A stretch of DNA of 64,000 bases from the IMG/VR virus record IMGVR_UViG_3300028831_000229, positions 53,942-117,941 of that record. One strand, given 5' to 3'. The DNA is from a virus. This document shows, in pieces, positions 36,501 through 44,200 of the stretch (positions are counted from its first letter, which is position 1; every line of letters starts with the position of its first letter). A program made the position numbers and the translations under genes. Under the pieces are notes generated by a model that saw only the letters and a program-made list of their open reading frames with translations, was not told where the DNA came from and made no database searches.

Positions 36501-39144
36501 GCAGATGAACACGCAGGCACCTTTCCTTGTGCACCCCGATCAGCAGCCGTTCCATCCCAAGAAGAACGAGAAGGACTACAAGGTCTGGCGCACCGTGCAT
36601 GATGCGAAGCCGCAGACCTACGACGAGACGGTCCGCGCGATTCACGGCGCGATCAAGCACCACTTCGGCGCGGATGACGAAGAGCTGACCGACAGCGTGG
36701 TGGATCATTTCCAAGAGGAAGGGGCGATGCACGCGCCGGATCATGAGCCAGAGGACAGCGTTGACGAAGATGACGATCACATCAAGCGTGACTATCTCAA
36801 GATCGACCACGGGAAGTACGCGACCGACATCGCAAATGCACGCTCTGCGGCACACGGCGCCGTTCTCTCCGCAGCACGCAACGCTGTGTACGAAGCTCAC
36901 GGTGCGCATCTCTTCACGGCATACACGGAGCGGTTGTTCCGTGATCGGAAGGAGACTCCGTACGGCGGGTTCAAGATCGACGAAGGCGTGCACCAGCTGG
37001 CCGATCAAGCTCAGGCGAATGTGCAGGAGGAGGCGCAACGTGCAGGCGACGAGGCTGAGCGTCAAGCAGGAGAGCACGCCGATCAGGACATCGCAGACAG
37101 ACGGCACGCGAACGAGATGCTCCGGCAAGGGCTTGTCACGTTCGAGCACATCGATCCGACGCCGGCTGAGCACGCGCTCGAACGTATGAACGATGCGCTT
37201 CCGAAGGTGATTACTCAGATCAGTAACGCCATAAAGCAGGTCGCACCAGCGTTGGCATCGTTCTACGACGTGGAGAACAAGTTCGAGGATGAACCGGAGC
37301 ACGAGGACGTTACCTTCGAGCGGTCGGATGTCAGTGACCCGGAGACCGACCTCTCTGAGATCCTCGACTTCATGAGCAACTACGGTGGCGACGACGCTGT
37401 TACCAGTGATGACTTGGAGCCGGAGTCTGTCGATTTGCCGGAACTCCCCGATGAGCCGTCCTTTGACGGCGATGATGAAGAGGACGCGGAAGACGACGAG
37501 ACCTACCAAGCCGAGTTGGCAGCGTACAACGGTGTGATCAAACAGCGCGCGGCTACGCTGAATGCTGCACGCTTGAAGTATGCCGAGCAAGCCGTGACCG
37601 GGCTGTCGAAGTTGGAGACGGTGCTGAAGAACGCGACAGCGACGCTCAAGGCCAGAGGGAAGGAGGCGACCGCTGCACGCGAGAAGCTCGAGAAGGACTT
37701 CGATGAGAAGACCGGTGACGGCAGCTTCGATGACGATCTGGTGTTCATGAACCAGAAGGAGTTCCCGCAGGTCGCGAAGGAGATGAACCCAGAGGAAGAG
37801 GAGGACGAAGAGATCGCTGATGAAGGTGAAGGCGATGAAGGCGACGAGGAAGAGGAGCCGCAGGAGGACGCGCGCTATGACGACGCACGTCGTGCTGCGC
37901 AGACACTGCGTGACCACGTCAGAAGCATCATCGACGGTGACTTCGAGAGCGCGTACGACGGTGAAGAAGTCACCACGGGTCTGGAGTCCGCAGTTGAGCA
38001 GGTGCGCACCTTGCGGAAGGAGTACGCCTCGGTCATCAAGAAACTGTCGAAGAAGAAAGGCAAGGTCTCCAAGGCGGTTCCGATCATCCAGCGACCGGGC
38101 GTACGCGGTGGCCATTTCCACTTCAACACGAAGGGCAAGGTCGTCTACGAACGGCACATCACATACAACGCGCCAGCTCGGTCATGGCGTGGCTTCGATG
38201 ACCTGGCGTTTCGTCGTGTGATGGACGAGCACAAGCACGTCGAGGTCGCGCACAAGAAGCACGTCAAGCGTCTGGCTGACGAAATGAAGACCCTGCGTGC
38301 AAAGAAGCAGATCGTTCCGAAGCACCGCCGTGCAGCTCTTCAGCTGAAGATCAACAAGCTACGCGCTCAGCAGCTCGACCATCGCATGGTCGTTGCTGCT
38401 GCTCGCGAGCAGCGGCTGCGCGTCAACAAGCAGCGAGCTGTTGCGAAGCAGAAGTTCGTGGCTACCCAGCGCCTGGCCTCGAAGAAGAAGCAGACCGCGA
38501 CGGCGAGGAAGCGTAAGCGCGAGATGATCATGCCGATTGGCGTGGGCATGGGGATCGGCACGCACACGATCAGGGAGAAGCCGGTAAAGCCGAAGGTCAA
38601 GACGTTGGAGCGCATGGTCTATCGCAAGGACGTGGAGACCGATCCACCTGTGAAGGAAGCGCCGAAGGTCGAGCCTGCGCCAGAACAGGAGCCCAAGAAG
38701 GAGCCGCAGACCGCACAGGAGCGCGCAGCAGCTGCAAGCGCTGCCAAGTGGGATCCGCAGTCCAGGTCGTGGGTGGTCAACGGGAAACCGATGGTCACGC
38801 CGGCTTCGGAGAAGTACCGCGAGGCTCCTCGCGAAGTGGTGTCCTACAAGCAGAAGACCTACGAGGAGCAGGTGGCCGAAGAGCAGCGAAAGCGTGCGTA
38901 CTTCGACGCGAGCGCCAAGCGTGCCCGAGCGAAATACGAGGCGCTGCGTGCAGCCAAGGAAGCGGAGGTCGTGCACCAGAAGGAGCACGCACCACCGCCT
39001 GTGGAGGAGAAAGAAGCCCAGGGCATGAAGAAGCGCGGCGTGCTCTCCAAGCTCGGTGGCCTCTTCCGTCGGAAGAAGGACACTGGCACAATCACCGCGT
39101 CGTTCGTGGACTCGCACAACATCTTCAAGGTGAGCTACCTATGA
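33568..39144 (+). CDS. 1858-aa polyvalent protein: DNA topoisomerase IB + papain-like Cys-His-Asp domain + acidic and basic domains
   Basis: Topo IB pentad FRVG (R519), GKK (K556), KMFRT (R625), LGHT (H714), NSYI (Y723); GNC...H...IDWTANQF. Confidence 0.88.
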   Translation: MRMHKPATVLPLRIAQVPLPAYPVLGNIKPGGVLLSGKLASAVDTLKLDTRDMPPSRFKSVRDDISRYSPIPVTRVALRRSEHAYIGIIDSNNEPYIFALNSQGILVKRAPDAEHAWQLFDHYMDAERATALETRRYVAAKEQASLVIKADIKQPGSRGGKFYFDKHGKVRYGKQPMHDHHVHVELPAKHELEGDAAELHKHVRKQNPATVHEARKHIRSWIKDNYSANAKQIDQTTAHMLRYFHEEGALHLHQHDTQPTAQPTKDVPHFFKKREALTRPVLPSPFDAQGTRLLVNGSPVRLSADAEHACYAFAKRFLVNEGTVKGHAEFVRGFEKSLQSMGVPKGTYDYKNFVKRITTEPEKEKAPKSKEQPTPKTHPHLFIKQDGQFVRLSDVRTPAGNFYTGKGKRGTWARALREEDITMNVANGGAPKGWKGKVIFDPTKDYYLTWRHPDTDEIGYVYPSRASAYQRKFEEASKLGLNIDRIREGVVRDIEKSGNSMPERVAALCTYLIDKEHFRVGEESHAEDTGTFGIGSLRVEHVKVDGKHVIFDFPGKKDEPWRRVVDFSKMPEALHIIKSCLAHKHKKDRVWEELGGGWSVDSKVINEYLDGYSKDGVKFTAKMFRTFHANKYMKKMLDTLETLAAEHGWDDATVKKIYKGFKVNDRAGKKLLDMKAPGGGTVRQALGLEENHGAKGKGKAIIGVLPTIATKLGHTVSSCRNSYIDPVLVTPFGAKHGWDERTLGEKKTRDDLPAFEKKHVAKPAKQPKAPASPMKKAGIPSHQELAKASEKLLTKVTQKHADLAPMIDSYKETAIKRRWNVPAEACGNCDRATGEFVSQAPASAGLKKYRFDTFTPEGIARVQKLYGMSDKTIAEMRKRDRKSIKDGHADPEDMFHEVAVTPDGTVIDWTANQFAQSDKTLPVPFVYKIDHTKNSKPHSGIEDEEAYAKALPYGHVAYARHSKTGKLVQVKAKGVKPVQMNTQAPFLVHPDQQPFHPKKNEKDYKVWRTVHDAKPQTYDETVRAIHGAIKHHFGADDEELTDSVVDHFQEEGAMHAPDHEPEDSVDEDDDHIKRDYLKIDHGKYATDIANARSAAHGAVLSAARNAVYEAHGAHLFTAYTERLFRDRKETPYGGFKIDEGVHQLADQAQANVQEEAQRAGDEAERQAGEHADQDIADRRHANEMLRQGLVTFEHIDPTPAEHALERMNDALPKVITQISNAIKQVAPALASFYDVENKFEDEPEHEDVTFERSDVSDPETDLSEILDFMSNYGGDDAVTSDDLEPESVDLPELPDEPSFDGDDEEDAEDDETYQAELAAYNGVIKQRAATLNAARLKYAEQAVTGLSKLETVLKNATATLKARGKEATAAREKLEKDFDEKTGDGSFDDDLVFMNQKEFPQVAKEMNPEEEEDEEIADEGEGDEGDEEEEPQEDARYDDARRAAQTLRDHVRSIIDGDFESAYDGEEVTTGLESAVEQVRTLRKEYASVIKKLSKKKGKVSKAVPIIQRPGVRGGHFHFNTKGKVVYERHITYNAPARSWRGFDDLAFRRVMDEHKHVEVAHKKHVKRLADEMKTLRAKKQIVPKHRRAALQLKINKLRAQQLDHRMVVAAAREQRLRVNKQRAVAKQKFVATQRLASKKKQTATARKRKREMIMPIGVGMGIGTHTIREKPVKPKVKTLERMVYRKDVETDPPVKEAPKVEPAPEQEPKKEPQTAQERAAAASAAKWDPQSRSWVVNGKPMVTPASEKYREAPREVVSYKQKTYEEQVAEEQRKRAYFDASAKRARAKYEALRAAKEAEVVHQKEHAPPPVEEKEAQGMKKRGVLSKLGGLFRRKKDTGTITASFVDSHNIFKVSYL

Positions 39145-39863
39145 GCAACTACCGCGCCTACTACGCGTACGACGGTGACGAAGAGCGCTACCTGCGCTTT
39201 CTCGAAGCACCGGGCGACGGCCTCGGGATGGTTCTCGGCGACGCGCCAACCGTGGAGGACGTGTTGGCTCGTGGCGGTACCGTCTTCGTGAAGGCGATGA
39301 AGGAAGAGCAGCCACCGAAGCTCGTCATCACCGATCGCAAGAAGAAGTGCATGAAGTGCGGTAGCCGCGAGTGGACCGACATGCACAAGGACGGCGTGGG
39401 CGACTGTTGCGACAAGCGCATGCGCAAGGCACTGCCGAAGAAGGACAAGAGCGCGGCGCCAGCCAAGAAGGCGAAGTCGTCCAAGGCCAACAAGCAGGTC
39501 GCCGGCAAGACCGGCAAGGTGCGCAGCTCGTACCCGCAGGAAGCCGGCGGTCAGCCGGCACCGCAACCGACGCCGCAAGAGCAGTCGGCTCCTCCGAAGC
39601 CGAACCCGGCGCGCACGCCGCCGGATGCCGAAGAGGGACCGCCGATCGCCAGTCCGAGCGAGCTGGCGAACATCCTCGGCACGCCGGTGACGTCGTTGCA
39701 GCGCATCGCGCACCGGTTCCGCGACAACAAGAAGCTCGGCGGACGGTCGGGCTTCGTGACCTTCATGAAGACGCGCCTGAAGCGCATGGCCAACAAGCAC
39801 AAGCTCGACGGAGATTACTTCGGGCTGATCTACGACGCGCTGTGCCCCAAGAAGCCGGCGTGA
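39141..39863 (+). CDS. head-region hypothetical protein
   Basis: ATGA overlap; FVKA and MRKA sites, KTGKVRSSYP tag-like segment. Confidence 0.75.
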   Translation: MSNYRAYYAYDGDEERYLRFLEAPGDGLGMVLGDAPTVEDVLARGGTVFVKAMKEEQPPKLVITDRKKKCMKCGSREWTDMHKDGVGDCCDKRMRKALPKKDKSAAPAKKAKSSKANKQVAGKTGKVRSSYPQEAGGQPAPQPTPQEQSAPPKPNPARTPPDAEEGPPIASPSELANILGTPVTSLQRIAHRFRDNKKLGGRSGFVTFMKTRLKRMANKHKLDGDYFGLIYDALCPKKPA

Positions 39864-39909
39864 CCTAACCCCTGAATGCTGGCATACTAGCCAGGCTGGA
39901 GACCCACCG

Positions 39910-40302
39910 ATGCCAGGAAAGCACACCGCCAAGCAGAAGCGCCAAGCGAAGCACGTCGCAGCTTCGGAGCGCGCTCGCGGCATGAGCCCGAAGAGAGCCG
40001 AGAGCGTCGGCTGGGCCACCGTGAACAAGCAGAAGAAAACGCGCAAGTCCTTCGACGTGATCTCGTTGGACGAAGCGCACGCTCGCCTTCGGAAGGACAT
40101 GGGCGGAGGAGGCGGCGAGGTGAAACCGCAGGTGAGCGCGACGCCGTTCAATCGACGTCGTGCGCCGAAGGAGACGGTCAGGATGAAACCGATCACCAAC
40201 GCGGAAGCCGCTGCGAACCTTCGCGCCGGCAAGTTCCACGAGAAGTCGCTCACCCTCGGTCTCACGCAACTCGCGCGCGCCTTGCGCAAGGCGCGGCGGT
40301 AA
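39910..40302 (+). CDS. small basic protein with ChaB-like N-terminal motif
   Basis: TAKQKRQAKHVAASE...G.S.KRAE...WATVNK. Confidence 0.6.
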   Translation: MPGKHTAKQKRQAKHVAASERARGMSPKRAESVGWATVNKQKKTRKSFDVISLDEAHARLRKDMGGGGGEVKPQVSATPFNRRRAPKETVRMKPITNAEAAANLRAGKFHEKSLTLGLTQLARALRKARR

Positions 40303-40372
40303 CAGGATCAACCACCGCAAGCGTCGAGTGACGCTGGCGGGCATCAATGCAACGTCACTCACGGAGAACATC

Positions 40373-40939
40373 ATGAGCAAGCAGAACGAAGACCAGGATC
40401 TGACGAAGTCGCTCGGCGACCTGTTTCAGGAGGAGCTGGGCAAGTCGACCGACGCGAAGGTGCTCGACTGCCCGCACTGCGGTGAAGGCATCAGCAAGGC
40501 CGACGTCATCGCCAAGGCGAAGGGCGGTCTGCCGGGCAAGGCGAAGAAGGAGATGGAGTCCGAGAAGCAGAACTCGGCGAGCGGCAAGGGCGCCAACGCG
40601 CGCTACGGCAACGCGCCGAAGCCGCACGTCGCCACCAAGAAGGCCGGCAAGAAGGTCGCGAAGACGAGCCCGGCGTACCCTGGCGCGATGGCGGCGAAGA
40701 AGAGCGATGCCGAGGACGACGTGAGCACCGAGGACGACACCTCCGAGGAGACCACGGAGACCACCGAGGAGAACGTCCAGAAGTCGGCGCGGCCGACGAT
40801 CTACGGCACGGAGCACGTCCAGTATTACACCGACCCGTCGGCGACCGGTGACGCGGCGATCGCCAAGATGATCGCGGAAGGCGGTCTCGGTCAGCAGCCG
40901 ACGCAGCCGATCGACAAGAACCACAAGCGCACCTGGTAG
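40373..40939 (+). CDS. head-region protein with multiple K-[S/A] motifs and CPHC
   Basis: GGAG RBS; LTKS, LGKS, ISKA, IAKA, VQKS. Confidence 0.75.
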   Translation: MSKQNEDQDLTKSLGDLFQEELGKSTDAKVLDCPHCGEGISKADVIAKAKGGLPGKAKKEMESEKQNSASGKGANARYGNAPKPHVATKKAGKKVAKTSPAYPGAMAAKKSDAEDDVSTEDDTSEETTETTEENVQKSARPTIYGTEHVQYYTDPSATGDAAIAKMIAEGGLGQQPTQPIDKNHKRTW

Positions 40940-40951
40940 GAGGCAACCGTC

Positions 40952-41191
40952 ATGATCGCACGCTGCAAGTTCCAGGTCACGAATGTGCTCCCGGCGTATC
41001 CGAACTCGGAGCCGGAGAGCACCGCCAAGCGTCTGGTGCTCGAGACGCGATACGACAACACCGTCGCCGAGGATCAGGCGTTCACCAAGTACACGCCGAC
41101 CGGTCGTATGGACGTCGTGATCGATAACCCGAACGTCACGAGCCAGCTCAACGTCGGCGATCACGTCTACATCGACATCACGAAGATCTAG
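40952..41191 (+). CDS. small phage protein of unknown function
   Basis: AGGAGG RBS; RCKF...ED..F.KYTP.G.....IDNP motif recalled from other phages. Confidence 0.75.
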   Translation: MIARCKFQVTNVLPAYPNSEPESTAKRLVLETRYDNTVAEDQAFTKYTPTGRMDVVIDNPNVTSQLNVGDHVYIDITKI

Positions 41192-41221
41192 CGACCACGC
41201 AACCAACCACGCAGGCATACA

Positions 41222-44200
41222 ATGAACCTCGACGATCTATTCGGTGGCGTCATCCTCGGTGGCACCACACTGGTGAAGGCTCAGGTCATCACCCCGGTTC
41301 GGGCAGCACGTCTGCCTGCGTTGCGCGATCTCACCGCAAAGCTCGAAGCGCTGTACGACGAGCGCCTTTCGCTCATGATGGAAGACATCGACCGCGTTCT
41401 CGCGAACGCGGATGCGCGCAAGGCACTCGGCTTGTACGTCGTCGACGGGGGACTCTCCGGTGGATCGGACCTGCGCAAGGCTGTGCTGCACGAGGTTCAA
41501 CAGCCGCAGTTCATCAACGATCTCTTCAAGGCCGCTCCGAAGACGGTGCCGACGCGTGTCGGCGGCAACAAGAGCGACCAAGGCACCGCACAGAAGTTCG
41601 AGCACGGCACGTACAGCACGCACCAGACCCCCAAGGGGAAGACGCAGCTGACGTTCCGCAGCCACACTGGCGTGACCGAAGACCTCGGTCAACACGGTGA
41701 CCCCAAGGCAGTCGAGAGCGCGCAGTCGAAGCACCTCGCGTCTCACGGCTACGCGCCGACTGGCAAGAAGGTCGGTCGTCCGTCTACCGGACAGAAGGCC
41801 GAGCGCAAGGAAGTGACGCAGGCGACCGCTGGCTCTCGCGGTGGCAAGTATTACGTCACGGCGAGCGGCAAGATTCGCTACGGCACGAAGCCGCAAGGCG
41901 AGTTCGCGCGCGAAGCCGACCCGTCCGAGATCGCGCAGCACCTCTCGCACTACCGTCCGTTACCGTTCATGGGGACGAATGGCAACGACGCGAAGCTGAT
42001 CAAGCACCTCATGGACAACGGTGAGGAGCTTGGCTTCTCCGACACGGACATCCAGTTTCTGTCGCTCTGGTACGGCGCGCACGACAAGAAGACGGGCTCT
42101 TTCAAGGGCGGCACGCTCTTCCGCGACTTCCGCGACATGTTCAAGGACTCGAAGACGAAGAAGGACGGCTTGACCGACGACATGCTCGCTGACGACCTCA
42201 GCAAGCTGAAGCTGAACGTCGACGGTCAAAGCATGAGCTACCAGGAAGCCGTCATGGAGTTCATGAAGCTCCAGTTCTGGGAAGGCGACAAGACGAAGAG
42301 CGAGGACGAGCGCGCGACCTACTTCCACGAGACGATCCAGCCGCTGATGGACGATCTCTTCGACAAGTACGAGAAGACGAAGACGAACCCCGAAGTCCTC
42401 AAGCACATGGAGGACATCGGCAAGCACATCGAGCAGACGCGCTACAAATTCTTCTTCAACGCCGCACAGCACGATGACGCGATGAAGGATCTGGACGAGA
42501 AGCTGCGCCAGGAGCCAGACCCGACCAAGATGACGACCGACGCTCTCGCGGCGATGAGCGCGCTCGACATGCTGTTCATTCCGAAGGAAGGCGAGCGTCA
42601 GGTTGGTCGTGGTGCAGGCCACCTCAAGGGTGTCGTGTCTCCGAACGCGACGCTGCTGGACGATGAAGAGAACCCGCTTCTCGCCGAGCCACATCGCCTG
42701 TCGACGTTGAACAACTCGCAGCTCCAGATGCTGTACGTGGCCTCGCAGCTGAACGGCATGTGGGACGGCGAGCAGCGCAAGTACGATGCGACCTCGACGA
42801 TGCACAGCAAGCTCGGTGACGAGGCGCTGAAGCGTCTCGCGCGCAAGGCAGGTACCGACAGCACGCAGCTGTCGCTCGTTCGCAAGCAGCTCGACGAGTC
42901 GGTCAAGACGATCGCGCAGCAGCTCAACGACGCCAACACCGGCAAGAACCCGTTGCTGAAGAAGTTCATCGAGCACGGTGCCGACGTGCTCAACGACAGC
43001 ACCGCAGCGGATAAGATCCGCTCCGACATGGCGGACCTCGAAGAGCTGCGCACCAAGGCGCTCGAGGCGCAGAAGAACGACGAGTTCGAGCTTCCGAAGA
43101 GCATGGCCGATGGGCGGCTCGGTGCTGTGCACCAGAAGACGCCGTTGCCGCACCAGCTGTACACCAACGACAAGGGCGAGCAGCAAGCGTACGGCATGTT
43201 CAAGCACCAGCGCCAAGGCATCAACTGGATGCTGGCTGCGAAGCGTGGCGTGCTCGCGTTCGACGCCGGCATGGGTAAGACGCCGACCGTCATCACGTTC
43301 CTCGAGCACCTGCGCGAAACCGGCAAGATGAAGGAAGGCGAGCAGGCGATGATCTTCCTGCCGCCGTCGGTCATGAACCAGTGGCCGAAGGAGATCAACG
43401 ACTACGCGCCCGGCGTCAAGAACGACGAGGTGCTCAACCTCGCCGGTCTGTCGCTCGCGCAACGCAAGGAGGTGTTGAAGAGCGACGTCGCGAAGCAAGC
43501 GAAGTACATCCTGGTCTCGACCGGTACACTCAACGGCGGTGGTGAGAAGGAGGGTGCCGACATCGCTGGCGGGGACTTCGACGACGGCGTCGTGAACGAC
43601 GGTACCGGCGGCACGGACGACGAGATGACCGAACTGCTCAAGAGCATCCAGGGACCTGTGTTCATCGACGAGGTGCACACCGGTGGCTTCAAGGAAGCTG
43701 GCACCGTTCGCCACGAGATCGCGAAGAAGGTGATGGACGGGCGCGAGTACAGCTTCGGCATGACAGCGACGCCGATGCCGAACGGACCGAGCGACCTCTT
43801 CCATCTCGGCAACCTCTTCGCGCCTGGCAAGATCGGCACCGCGGACGAATGGGCTGGTGCCACGCACGGCGTGCAGTGGAACGACGGCGAAGCGCGCTGG
43901 GAGGTCGGCAACCCCGAGGGTCTCCAGGAGATGCGCGACAAGGTGCGTCCGTTCGTCTTCCACAAGCTCATCACGGATCCGGAGGTCGTGAAGGATGTCG
44001 GCTCGCTGCTCGGTGAGAAACATGAGGATCCGGATCTGATGAAGATCCAGCCGTCGGACGATCATCCGATCTGGGAGTACCACAAGCCTGGTGGCAAGGT
44101 GGACCAGCTCGCGCAGGCGTTGTTCTCGCGCATGGTGCAGGAAGCCGAGGAAGCCGGTGATGACGATCGTCTCGAGCGGCTCAACAAGAGCGCGGGCTTC

